A DNA stretch of 64,000 nucleotides from an uncultured archaeon. Lineage in GTDB: Archaea; Nanobdellota; Nanobdellia; Pacearchaeales; GW2011-AR1. A program made the position numbers and the translations under genes. Below, in pieces: positions 54,620 to 64,000 of the stretch. A model generated the notes under the pieces. That model had not been told where the DNA came from, ran no database searches, and saw only the letters and a program-made list of their open reading frames with translations. The stretch is from NCBI GenBank assembly GCA_903831045.1, contig CAIKWG010000042.1:13239-77238 (forward strand), given 5' to 3'. The number at the start of each line of letters is the position of its first letter. Position 1 is the first letter of the stretch.

Positions 54620-55996
54620 TTATTTTGTTTTGAACCCTTCTCTCTTTTGTTTATCATAAATATCCCTCCAACATCTTTGAGAAAATTTATCATAGGTGTT
54701 ATCTAGTGGAAGATTTATTAAAAAAGGTACCAATGGCCTAATGATTGGGTAGGAGATAGTAGCCATAGCTAACTTTTGCATTCTCTGCATTTTTTTCCAA
54801 TCTTTATCATAAGGGTAGTTTACTCTAAATCTACTAAAATCTTCAGAGATAATTGCCTTTTCTACTTCATCTCCGCCTTCTTGAAAGAATTTCGTTCCAG
54901 GATAAGGATGGAATATCTGAGTAAATGCTACATTCGCTTTTATCTTTAAATTTATATCAAGACTTTTCCAGGAGTCTTCTAGTGTTTCTCCGGGCAAACC
55001 AAACATAATGTATGTATTGAACGGCATGTTCTCTTTTTTTAATACTTCAACCCCCTTGAAAATTTGTTCATCACTTAATTTCTTACCCAAGACTCTATTT
55101 CTTAATGCTTCATCTCCAGATTCTATTCCTACCGCAACTCCCAAACAGCCCATTTCTTTCAATTCACTTACCATAGAAGGATTCTTGGAGATATAATCTA
55201 ATCTTAGAAGAGCATAGAAGGGTAAATTAACTTCTTTCATGTATAATTCCTTGAAACTTTTTAGCCATTTCATATTTAATCCAAAAATATCATCCTCAAA
55301 GGATATACTCTTGAAGTCTTTAAACTTTTGAGCTTCTTTTATCTCTCTAATTACTTCTTCTGGGTCTCTAACTCTAACCTTTGGTCCAGGCATCTCTTCT
55401 TCTTTATATAATTCTTTTAATCCATAATTAAAACAGAAATGGCAATCGAAGGGGCATCCTCTAGAACACATGACTAATAAATCGCTACTCTCCATTACCC
55501 CCTCAACCCCTCTGTAAATATCTCTCTTTGGTAATGGAATTTCTTCTTTGGATAACGGTTGTGCAAGATGATTTTTATGAATTTTATCTCCCTCTTTTAC
55601 CCAAAGAGAGGGAATATCATAGATTCCTTCTTTGTTCTCTAATCTGTTAAGGAGTGTTTGTACAGACTTCTCTCCTTCCCCCCTGCACAACGCGTCAAGG
55701 CTGGCCTCTTCAATTATTTTGGTGTAGAAAGTTGGATGCGGCCCTCCAGTCAAAGTTAATAAATTTGAATCAATACTTTTTATCTTGTCAAATGTTTTAA
55801 CACCCCAAAAATGATCCTTAGTCATTAATGGAACTCCCACAACCTGAGGATTAAACTCTTTTATCTTTTTTTCTAAAGAATCTCCATCCTCATAGACTAT
55901 AACTTCTGATTCATGAGTCTTAGAGATATAGGAGGCTATTGCCATCACACCGTTCAATTCTCTTCCTTCCCTTTGAACAAATAGGATTTTGGCCAT
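54620..55996 (-). CDS. B12-binding radical SAM protein
   Basis: GGPHPT, GEGE, SRGCPFDCHFC, GIESG. Confidence 0.9.
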   Translation of the reverse strand: MAKILFVQREGRELNGVMAIASYISKTHESEVIVYEDGDSLEKKIKEFNPQVVGVPLMTKDHFWGVKTFDKIKSIDSNLLTLTGGPHPTFYTKIIEEASLDALCRGEGEKSVQTLLNRLENKEGIYDIPSLWVKEGDKIHKNHLAQPLSKEEIPLPKRDIYRGVEGVMESSDLLVMCSRGCPFDCHFCFNYGLKELYKEEEMPGPKVRVRDPEEVIREIKEAQKFKDFKSISFEDDIFGLNMKWLKSFKELYMKEVNLPFYALLRLDYISKNPSMVSELKEMGCLGVAVGIESGDEALRNRVLGKKLSDEQIFKGVEVLKKENMPFNTYIMFGLPGETLEDSWKSLDINLKIKANVAFTQIFHPYPGTKFFQEGGDEVEKAIISEDFSRFRVNYPYDKDWKKMQRMQKLAMATISYPIIRPLVPFLINLPLDNTYDKFSQRCWRDIYDKQKREGFKTK

Positions 55997-56122
55997 TTTT
56001 TACTCAAAAAATTTATCTTTCTTAGCAAAATTTGATTTAAAAGTATTTATATTCTTTAAATGAACTATCTCTTTTGAAGAGATTTGGGTCATCTTTAAAA
56101 ATAATCCAATTGTTAAAAATAA

Positions 56123-57625
56123 ATGACAATGCCTGCAAATAAAGTATTAATTGTTGGAGGGCCATCTACGGATGGATTTCCCTTATCTTTCTGGGAAAAG
56201 CCAATTAAATCTAATTGTAATAATTTTCTTTATTTTCCCCTAGAGAAAATAAACCTAGAAAAAGGTGGACCGAAGACCCAAAAAATATTGTTAAACTTAA
56301 TAGAAAAAGAAAAACCAGAATACATGATGATGTTTCATAATATGTTTGCAGACTTAGATCTATTAAATTTTTTAAAAGATCTTAAAAATCATTCTCCAAA
56401 AACCAAAACTATCCTTTATGCGGGAGATGATGATACGGCTTTCAATTCTTCTAGATATTTAGCCTTATTTTTTGATTATACTTTTGTATTACAAAATGAT
56501 TATCTTAAAAAATATAAACAAGATGGATTAAAGAATATTCTTTTTGTTGTACAATTAGATAATGAAAGATTAATCCCTATGCATATTGAAAAAAAATATG
56601 ATGTTTCTTTTATGGGGGCTCCAAAAGCAGACAGGAAGGAGATGATTGAATTTTTGATTAAAAATAATATTCCAATTTCTATTTTTGGATCTCCAGCCTG
56701 GAAAAAATATCCTAAATTGCGTCCTTTTTATCGTGGGCTTGTTGATGCTGCAGATTATCCAAAAGTTATCAATCAAACAAAAATAAGTTTAGTCTTGTCT
56801 AAAAATGGTGCAGGAAAATTGCATTTAAAAACAAGATTCTTTGAGAATAGTGCTTGTGGTTCTTTTTCTTTGGTGGAGTATTCCCCCCATTTAAAAGAAA
56901 TTTTTTCCGAAGGGAAGGAGATTATCTTTTTTAAGAATAAAGAAGAACTTCTAAAAAAAATAAAATATTATCTTTTAAGAGAAAAAGAACGTGAGAAAAT
57001 AGCTAGAAATGTTCATCTAAAAATTGAGAGAAATTTTAATGTTACTACGTGCATGAGTAATTTTTTTGAAAGAAATAAAAATAATTTTTTTTCTTTTGGG
57101 CTCCCAAAAATTAAATTTTCTTTAATTAATATTAATCAAGGAATAATAAAAAAATCTAAAAGCGAGATTGTTAATTTAGTAAAAAGTTATGACTTCGTAT
57201 CTTTTTCTAAGGGAAGAGTTTCATCTTCTCTGTTTAAAAATTATTTGCAAATCTATTCTCTTATAAAAAATAAATTGCAGATAAGCTGTTGTGACTATTA
57301 TCTGAACTCACCTTTTTTAGGGGATTATGGTAATTTTCGATATGACTGGGGGAACAAATTTGAATTTAGAAAGTTTAAGGATTTATTAAATATAAATCAG
57401 ATAGTGGTATCTAAAGAATTTTTCATTAAAAATTTAGATTTAATAAAAGAGAATTATCAAATAGGTACCGCAAATTTTGTTAACGAAACCAATACAGCAT
57501 TTGTATCCATCCCGCTAGTTTCAGTAAGAGAATTCAAAAAGGATTTTTTTGAGAATAAGGAACTGTTAACAGAAGACTTTTTTCTTTTCATAGAAAATTG
57601 TATTCCAAAAGAAAAAATCCAATAA
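56123..57625 (+). CDS. CgeB-like glycosyltransferase
   Basis: YDVSFMG, RFFENSACG, EREKIA. Confidence 0.75.
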   Translation: MTMPANKVLIVGGPSTDGFPLSFWEKPIKSNCNNFLYFPLEKINLEKGGPKTQKILLNLIEKEKPEYMMMFHNMFADLDLLNFLKDLKNHSPKTKTILYAGDDDTAFNSSRYLALFFDYTFVLQNDYLKKYKQDGLKNILFVVQLDNERLIPMHIEKKYDVSFMGAPKADRKEMIEFLIKNNIPISIFGSPAWKKYPKLRPFYRGLVDAADYPKVINQTKISLVLSKNGAGKLHLKTRFFENSACGSFSLVEYSPHLKEIFSEGKEIIFFKNKEELLKKIKYYLLREKEREKIARNVHLKIERNFNVTTCMSNFFERNKNNFFSFGLPKIKFSLININQGIIKKSKSEIVNLVKSYDFVSFSKGRVSSSLFKNYLQIYSLIKNKLQISCCDYYLNSPFLGDYGNFRYDWGNKFEFRKFKDLLNINQIVVSKEFFIKNLDLIKENYQIGTANFVNETNTAFVSIPLVSVREFKKDFFENKELLTEDFFLFIENCIPKEKIQ

Positions 57626-57706
57626 AATTGTTTCTTTATTTCTTGGCATTAATATTAGAAATAGTTCTAGGTAAAAAGTTTATTTTAAAATTACTAAGAG
57701 ATAAGA

Positions 57707-58495
57707 TTAATTCTTCTTTAAAACATAAAAAATAGATTGTGGTCTAACTTTTTCAAAAACATTCTTTGCATGATATTTATTATTCCAGAAAAATATTTTA
57801 CTAAACAGATAATCCATCCAGATTACAATCTTTGAATTACTTATTTCTCCTTTTCCAAAGTTTAGTCTTCTTGTTGTGGGAAAAAGAACTTTTTCTTCAG
57901 AAAGTATTATTAGATTGTTTTCTTTTATTATTCTCCTAAATATCTTTAGAGGAATTCCTCTTTCTCGTTTGGTAAGCCCTTTTCTTTGGGAGCTCCAATC
58001 TCCCATAGACACGATTGGTTCTCTTAGAAGTATAATGCCGTCTTTTTTTAGAACTCTAGTTAGTTCTTGCATGACAAAGCTGACATTGGGTATATGGTGA
58101 AGTACTCCCAAACATGTGACTAAATCAAAAGAGTTTGATTTAATTTTTAATTTTCCACTAATCGAGGGAGTTAGATATTTTACTGGTTTGCCTTTAATTT
58201 CTTTAACTCTTAATTTTTTTGAAGGTTCTACAATTGTAATATTTTTAACTTTATTTAGGATAGGAATAATTTCTTCTCCAGTAGCACTGCCAAAACTAAG
58301 AACATTTTCGAAGCTTCTAATTTTTTTTATCTTATTGTATCCATAAAATTTGTTTAATTCGTGATATGCATAAGAATAATTAGAGGAATCAACTAATCCC
58401 GAATATCCCTCTTTTTCATCTTCAAACCATTTTTCTATTTCCTCTTTAGAAAAATCATCTTCCCAAAGTTTTTCACCAGAAAAATATTCTCTCAT
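57707..58495 (-). CDS. Class I SAM-dependent methyltransferase
   Basis: SFDLV..VLHHIP, RVLKKDG. Confidence 0.85.
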   Translation of the reverse strand: MREYFSGEKLWEDDFSKEEIEKWFEDEKEGYSGLVDSSNYSYAYHELNKFYGYNKIKKIRSFENVLSFGSATGEEIIPILNKVKNITIVEPSKKLRVKEIKGKPVKYLTPSISGKLKIKSNSFDLVTCLGVLHHIPNVSFVMQELTRVLKKDGIILLREPIVSMGDWSSQRKGLTKRERGIPLKIFRRIIKENNLIILSEEKVLFPTTRRLNFGKGEISNSKIVIWMDYLFSKIFFWNNKYHAKNVFEKVRPQSIFYVLKKN

Positions 58496-59550
58496 ATTTC
58501 CTTCTCGATAATTTTTAATAATTTTTTAGAAACGGTATTAATGTTATACTTCAAATTAAACTCTGCTTTTATCTTTTTACTCTCGCTTTTTCTTTTACTA
58601 ATTTTGATAATACTGTCTGCAAACTTTTTTATTTCTCCTTTTTTGACAACTTCTCCAAGAACTTTATTTGAAATCATTTCTTTTATGGCTCCGTTATCAT
58701 ATGCCACAACAGGAATGCCTGCTCTAAATGCTTCTAATACCACTACCGGAAAGGATTCGTTCTTATAGCTAGTGGGAAATATTAATAAATCTGAATCCTC
58801 AAAAATTTTATTTTTCTCTTCACCATAGATTGATCCAGCATATTTGCAATATTCTTCCAATTTCCTCTCTTTGAGATAATTTTCCCATTCTTCCTTAAAT
58901 TTAGTGTCTGTCCATGGTCCAGCAAAAATCATTTCAAAATTAATCTTCTTTTTCAATTCATCGGCGATTTTAAGTGCATCCAATGCACCTTTTTCTTTTA
59001 TCATATTTGAGATAAAGAGTAATTTAATCGGCTTCTTATCGCTTTTTTTGTTTTCGCCGAATTTCTTATCCTCTATCCCATTTGGAAGAACAAAAACATC
59101 CTTCTTATCAAAGAAAGATTCAACTTCCGGATAAAGCAGGTTTGAGAGGATAATTATTTTAGTATCCTTAAAAATGAATTTAGAATAAGCATTGTTAGTT
59201 AAATTTCTTGCATGTAGGTGGAAGAGAATTTTTCTTCTAAAAACCTTACTTAGAAGCACAAGTAAGCTGTCTCGATAAAAAGCAATTCCATTAGGAGCAA
59301 TTTCAAAATAAACTAATTTTGGTCTAAAAAACAAAAGATTGGAGATTGTTTTAACCGGGAGGAATAGATTCCAAAATAGTTTTCTCAGATTAAGATTACC
59401 TATTTTTTCAGTATTCTCCGGATAATTAATTTTAATTCTTTTAATATTAAAGTTTTTGTCTTCTTTTATCTTATTAAAATATATTTCATTCATTACTGCT
59501 GCGCCATGAACAGGCGGAGGAAATCTCCCAATAAAAAGAATTTTGTTCAT
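58492..59550 (-). CDS. Glycosyltransferase family 4
   Basis: PPPVHG, KG, ESFPVVVLEA. Confidence 0.9.
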   Translation of the reverse strand: MNKILFIGRFPPPVHGAAVMNEIYFNKIKEDKNFNIKRIKINYPENTEKIGNLNLRKLFWNLFLPVKTISNLLFFRPKLVYFEIAPNGIAFYRDSLLVLLSKVFRRKILFHLHARNLTNNAYSKFIFKDTKIIILSNLLYPEVESFFDKKDVFVLPNGIEDKKFGENKKSDKKPIKLLFISNMIKEKGALDALKIADELKKKINFEMIFAGPWTDTKFKEEWENYLKERKLEEYCKYAGSIYGEEKNKIFEDSDLLIFPTSYKNESFPVVVLEAFRAGIPVVAYDNGAIKEMISNKVLGEVVKKGEIKKFADSIIKISKRKSESKKIKAEFNLKYNINTVSKKLLKIIEKEI

Positions 59551-60254
59551 TGTAAGTCTACTTCTTTCAAATATTTAAATGCAACAAAGCTTCTCCAAGC
59601 CTTCTTTTTTGTATGATTAAAATCGGTTATCAGTCTGTAAAGCCATTCAATTCCAAGTTTTCTAAAAAATTTAGGAGCTCTTTTTTTCTTTCCGATTATA
59701 AAATCTAGGCCCGCCCCAATATTAATATAACTCTTTGCCTTTGACTCGCTAATTAATCTTGCAGTGAGAATATTCTGTTTTGGACATCCAAGACCAATCC
59801 AAACAAAATCAATTTTTTTACTGTTGATAAGGCTGTTCATTTTTTTTATTTCTTTTTCTGGAAATTCATTCCCTTTAACGTAGGGAGGGTTATAGCTAAA
59901 CAGATCTTTTCTTCTAAGGTAGCTGAAATTTTTTAAGAGAACTTCTAAATGTTCTTCTTCGCTCCCAATGAACAGATGTTTCTTATTCTTCATTAATTTA
60001 TTCTCAAAAAACATCTTGATAAAGTCTGGACCTGAGAGTCTCTGAATTATCCTTAATTTTTTTATAGATAAAAAGAAGGTTAAAATAAAACCATCTATAA
60101 AATTAAAATTATCTTCATTGAACGTATTATTAAATTCTTGATTGTTGTGGAATTGGTAAAGGTCATGAGAGTTTAAGAAATTAATAACCCGCGGATTGCG
60201 TTTCTTAAAAACCCCTGAAATATCCTGGAATTGATTCAAAATTAACTTTTTCAT
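59547..60254 (-). CDS. WecB/TagA/CpsF glycosyltransferase (GT26)
   Basis: Likely start MKKLIL; DG, RLSGPD, GLGCPKQ, GIEWLYRL. Confidence 0.85.
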   Translation of the reverse strand: MKKLILNQFQDISGVFKKRNPRVINFLNSHDLYQFHNNQEFNNTFNEDNFNFIDGFILTFFLSIKKLRIIQRLSGPDFIKMFFENKLMKNKKHLFIGSEEEHLEVLLKNFSYLRRKDLFSYNPPYVKGNEFPEKEIKKMNSLINSKKIDFVWIGLGCPKQNILTARLISESKAKSYINIGAGLDFIIGKKKRAPKFFRKLGIEWLYRLITDFNHTKKKAWRSFVAFKYLKEVDLQ

Positions 60255-60303
60255 TAAATAGAATTGCCTAGGATTCTTTATAAAATTTGTTGAATTTCTA
60301 GAA

Positions 60304-61179
60304 TTATATTGCAATCCAATCTTTTGGAAGAACGTTATCCTCAACTTTTACATCATTAAAATGTGTAAAATTTTTTGGAGCAATAACTATCTTTTTGGGA
60401 TTATCATTAAGATAACCTGCCCACCAACTAAGAGCGCTGTTTCCTAAAATGTTGTGTTTACAGTTTTTCATAAGTTCAAGCACTTCATATCCTCCCAGAG
60501 AGCCGTCTTCTATAAACGCTAAGTTTTCTCCAAAATTGAGATTTTTTTTACACCATTCTGGATCATCAGAAAAAAGATATATTCTGGGATTTTTTACTTT
60601 TTTCATTATGATCTCTACTGCTTGTCTATAATATTCTTCTCCTAGAATATAGGCATTTTTTAATTTTAATACATCTCCTCTTCTAACTTGTATGCTAACA
60701 GAATTTTCCTTTTTTATGCTATCTAATTCTTTTCTAATTTTGACTAAATTTTCTTCCTGCAGCGTAAACTCTTTTCTTATAATTGGAATAATCTTCTCAA
60801 AAAACTTTTCTCTTCCAAGATATCCTCTTAAATAGGAATTATCCGGAAGATTAAAAAAATCTTCCAGTGAGCCATGACTTGGAAAATAAATAACATTTCT
60901 ATCAAAAAGTTTGTATTTTCTTAACATCTTATCAATAGGTCTAAATCCAGTTTTTAAAACAAATTTTCTCACTTCTTTTTTTGTTGCTTCTTTCGCAGAA
61001 ATATTAAATCTTCCTAGCTCAAATTCCCACAAGCCTCCGTATTTTTCCCATCTTGGCCATCCTCTTAGATAAGAAGTATCCAATTTTAATTCTGTTTTTT
61101 TGTGCTTTGCCAATGCAAGTGCAGCAGCATAAACATACATAGAATTTCCTAAACCTCTTCCAATCTCAGCTATTATCAT
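60304..61179 (-). CDS. Alpha-1,2-fucosyltransferase family (GT11)
   Basis: GLGN, QVRRGD, FSDD, NSALSWWAGYL. Confidence 0.85.
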   Translation of the reverse strand: MIIAEIGRGLGNSMYVYAAALALAKHKKTELKLDTSYLRGWPRWEKYGGLWEFELGRFNISAKEATKKEVRKFVLKTGFRPIDKMLRKYKLFDRNVIYFPSHGSLEDFFNLPDNSYLRGYLGREKFFEKIIPIIRKEFTLQEENLVKIRKELDSIKKENSVSIQVRRGDVLKLKNAYILGEEYYRQAVEIIMKKVKNPRIYLFSDDPEWCKKNLNFGENLAFIEDGSLGGYEVLELMKNCKHNILGNSALSWWAGYLNDNPKKIVIAPKNFTHFNDVKVEDNVLPKDWIAI

Positions 61180-61766
61180 TTTATTGCTTCTACATTTAGA
61201 CTCATTAAATATCCATTTTCTTTATCAAAAGGTTTTTCTTTTGTTGGGATAAAATCTTTGTTTGGTAGATATGATTGTGAATGGTCATCTATTGAGTTGT
61301 GGGGGGAAGTAGTTTTCCAGTCATATCTTTTGATCCCGTTAAAACCTACAGATTCTAGCATACTTTTCAAATCAGAGAAGTCATAGGTTGTCTTATGATA
61401 AATAATTTTTCCAGTTTCTCCACCTTTCATTCCCATTTCCATTCTTCCATAAAGTGGTCCCAAAAAATTTGTAAGGGGAAATTTATTTTCTAAATAATTT
61501 TTTGCCATAGCTTCAAAATCTGGAACCGCCATACGTAAAATTCCTTGAGGTTTCAGAACTCTATGCCATTCTTTTAGTACATTGAACCCTTCTTCTCTAT
61601 CAAAGTATTCAAAAACATGAGAATTGTATATCAAATCTACAGAATTTTCAGGATAATCTAATTTTGTTATGTTATGACCTATAACATGAGGATAATTTCC
61701 ACCATCTATATGAACCCAATCTTCTCCAAAATTTCTCCATCCGCATCCTAAGTTGAGTTTTATCAT
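61176..61766 (-). CDS. Methyltransferase domain protein
   Basis: LNLGCG, RVLKPQG..VPD, SLNVEA. Confidence 0.8.
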   Translation of the reverse strand: MIKLNLGCGWRNFGEDWVHIDGGNYPHVIGHNITKLDYPENSVDLIYNSHVFEYFDREEGFNVLKEWHRVLKPQGILRMAVPDFEAMAKNYLENKFPLTNFLGPLYGRMEMGMKGGETGKIIYHKTTYDFSDLKSMLESVGFNGIKRYDWKTTSPHNSIDDHSQSYLPNKDFIPTKEKPFDKENGYLMSLNVEAIK

Positions 61767-61788
61767 TTTCTTTTATCTTTTTAGGGGT

Positions 61789-62880
61789 TTATATTTTTAT
61801 TGCCTCTTCATAAATCCTTTTTAATTCTTTATTTCTTTTCTTTATAGAAAACTTTCCATTTTTTATTTCATTTAGACAATTTTTAGACATCTTTTTTCTT
61901 AGTGTAGTATTTTTAATTAATAGCTCTGTTTTTCTCTCTATTTCATCTATGCAAGGTAATTTTAATTCTTCTAAATCTTTAGTGCTCCAGTTTATTGGTT
62001 CTTCGATTACAAATCCTGTTTTTCCTTCTGTGATGATTTCTTTTCTAGAATGCCCGCCCACAGTTACAACTGGCAGTCCAAATGAAAGTGCTTCAGTTAG
62101 CTGAAATCCAAAAGTGTCCGTATAAGAAGGATAAACAAAAATATCTGCCTGAGGATAAACTTCCTCAAATAATTCCTTTTGTGGAACTAATCCCAAAAAC
62201 TTTATTTTTTTATTATCTGAGTATTTTTCTAAAACTTCAGCAGGCACATCAGAAACAATTAGGCCTTCAACATTTTCATATTTTCTAGTTAATCTATCAA
62301 TAACTTCCAATGCATGTAATCCTCCCTTAAAATAAAATCTCCTTGCAGAGAAGAGTAATCTTATTTTCTTAGATTTAACCTTGGTAAACTTGTGTTCCGG
62401 AATTCCAGGATATAGAATAATGGTTTTGTCTTTCGCCTCAGGTAATTCTTTAATAATAGAATCGTAGGACCATTTAGTCCAAGCTAAAATTTTTTTGCAA
62501 TATTTTGAATTAATTATATTCACAACCTTCGCTTTATTTTTTACTCTTCCTGCAGCCCAAAATTGATTAACATATTCTATGTCTGTAACCCAATTTTGCT
62601 TATTTAAGCTCATACAATGTGCGCAATGAATTAAATCATATTCTTTTGCATTTTTTGTTAAATGGGCATTAGCCAATCCTGGCATTAATGCTCGGATAGT
62701 TTTTTTAATCAAACTTTTTATTTTATTATTTATTTTTAATCTGGATTTTGTTTGTATAAGCTGAAACTCCTTTGCATTTGCATATTCAACATTTGCAGGA
62801 GGATTTTGTCTAAGGTAGAGATAATATGGAGAATCCGAATATTTCCAAGGTTTTTGTAAATAAATATTTATTTTTTTCAT
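61789..62880 (-). CDS. Glycosyltransferase family 4
   Basis: KGG, DTFG..EALSFGLPV. Confidence 0.9.
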   Translation of the reverse strand: MKKINIYLQKPWKYSDSPYYLYLRQNPPANVEYANAKEFQLIQTKSRLKINNKIKSLIKKTIRALMPGLANAHLTKNAKEYDLIHCAHCMSLNKQNWVTDIEYVNQFWAAGRVKNKAKVVNIINSKYCKKILAWTKWSYDSIIKELPEAKDKTIILYPGIPEHKFTKVKSKKIRLLFSARRFYFKGGLHALEVIDRLTRKYENVEGLIVSDVPAEVLEKYSDNKKIKFLGLVPQKELFEEVYPQADIFVYPSYTDTFGFQLTEALSFGLPVVTVGGHSRKEIITEGKTGFVIEEPINWSTKDLEELKLPCIDEIERKTELLIKNTTLRKKMSKNCLNEIKNGKFSIKKRNKELKRIYEEAIKI

Positions 62881-63389
62881 TTTTTTAGTGCTATCTCTAA
62901 AAAGTCCTTAACATAGGGATGAATCTTTCTTTTTATTTTTTTATATTCTTCCCGATTGATGATAATAGGTTCTCTGTGAAGGTCATTTAATTTTAATTTT
63001 CCTCTTCCTACAGCACTAAACACTAGGGTAGGGGTATCTGTTCCTTTATTATGTGCAAAAGGTCCAGTTCCAAAAAAATGTCTGCCAATGCCGATAAATT
63101 TTATTCTTGATATTCTAAGTCCGCATTCCTCTTTTGCTTTTATCTTTAGGGAGTTTTCAATGGTCGTTCCTCTTTCAACTCTGCCTCCTATTGGCCATAA
63201 AAGGCCCTTTCCAGGAGCTTTTTCTCTAGTTACCAATAAAAACCCACCTTTGTATTTTATAAACACATCATGGCATATAATTGGTAATTTTTGATGCATA
63301 ATTACATATTCAGATTCTGGAATTCTCTCTGTCTTTAATTTTTTTATATTGACTCTGCCATTTTCATCAAAAGGATATTCTTTGTACAT
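62877..63389 (-). CDS. NUDIX hydrolase, GDP-mannose mannosyl hydrolase-like
   Basis: WPIGGRVERG....EECG. Confidence 0.75.
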   Translation of the reverse strand: MYKEYPFDENGRVNIKKLKTERIPESEYVIMHQKLPIICHDVFIKYKGGFLLVTREKAPGKGLLWPIGGRVERGTTIENSLKIKAKEECGLRISRIKFIGIGRHFFGTGPFAHNKGTDTPTLVFSAVGRGKLKLNDLHREPIIINREEYKKIKRKIHPYVKDFLEIALKK

Positions 63390-63424
63390 AGATTATATAA
63401 GAAAAATTAGTTTTTAAATTTAAA

Positions 63425-63802
63425 TTATTTCTTCTTATTCATAAATTCATTTAATGAATCAACCAGCCATCTTAATTTTGGATCCTTTTTATCCATTACT
63501 TTTTCCTCGCTAGTTATTCCCCATTCTGAAACAATAGAATCTTCCAGAGCAATAAAAGCATGAGCCTTATTTGCAGGAATTAATCCAGAATTTCCAGCAC
63601 TTAAAATATGTTCTTCTTCTCCACAAATGTATCTAACCTTTCCATTAATAACTACAAAATATTCATCGTTAGAATGTAAACATCCGCCTCTTGCATAGCC
63701 TTTATTTATTCCCATGAATGTATACTCTTTGTTTTCAGATAGTAAATCTTTTACCAAATAGATAGAACCCCTCGCATCTTCATGTATCTTTTCTAAATTC
63801 AT
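63425..63802 (-). CDS. Cupin domain protein (sugar isomerase-like)
   Basis: DARG, RGGCLH..E, AHAF. Confidence 0.75.
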   Translation of the reverse strand: MNLEKIHEDARGSIYLVKDLLSENKEYTFMGINKGYARGGCLHSNDEYFVVINGKVRYICGEEEHILSAGNSGLIPANKAHAFIALEDSIVSEWGITSEEKVMDKKDPKLRWLVDSLNEFMNKKK

Positions 63803-63999
63803 TTTCTGTAAAACTCCTTTACTTTATCAGCAACATATGAAATATCTTCTTTTGCCAATGCGGGTCCATTTGGTAACCAGAGAGCATTATTAGAAATATC
63901 TGAAGCTACCGGAAAAGTATGATCATTACCCTGATTTTTGTAAGGAGGATTCATATGCAATGCTGGCCAACATTCTCTTGCATAAATTTCATTCTTTTT
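63799..63999 (-). CDS. DegT/DnrJ/EryC1/StrS aminotransferase, C-terminal fragment (runs off window)
   Basis: ...WPALHMNPPY...FPVASDISNNALWLPNGP..EDISYVADKVKEFYRK*. Confidence 0.8.
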   Translation of the reverse strand, partial: KKNEIYARECWPALHMNPPYKNQGNDHTFPVASDISNNALWLPNGPALAKEDISYVADKVKEFYRK

Positions 64000-64000
64000 G

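Overview
The window has two very different halves. Right half (35942-64000): core genome of a low-GC archaeon, most likely DPANN (Pacearchaeota/Woesearchaeota-like, by inference). It carries rpoD-rps11-rps4-rps13, DUF655, rpoF, rpl21e, rpoN, tRNA-Gly(UCC) with a bulge-helix-bulge intron, tRNA-Arg(CCU), a tRNA-Leu with an unusual AAG anticodon, a stand-alone 5S rRNA, secF/secD and a ~20 kb surface-glycan cluster. Many of these genes are leaderless with TATA boxes ~29 nt upstream of ATG. Left half (1-~35816): an unbroken, strictly + strand array of about 57 mostly small or membrane ORFs plus an AT-rich tRNA-Arg(UCU). Its recognisable members are bacterial, several specific to a diderm envelope: two substrate-binding/OmpA fusions, a TorF-like outer-membrane barrel, a TonB C-terminal domain, PspC, TelA, a vWA lipoprotein, an ABC transporter and an ARC/Mpa-type proteasomal ATPase followed by a Pup-sized protein. 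The array has FCB/Bacteroidota-style signal peptides, a standardised 5' leader and three families of repeated intergenic hairpins showing covariation. No integrase, capsid or terminase is visible. The array is either a bacterial-format cargo island in an archaeal genome (the most interesting reading) or a chimeric join; reads across ~35750-35940 would decide. All family assignments come from motif recognition by eye, not database searches.
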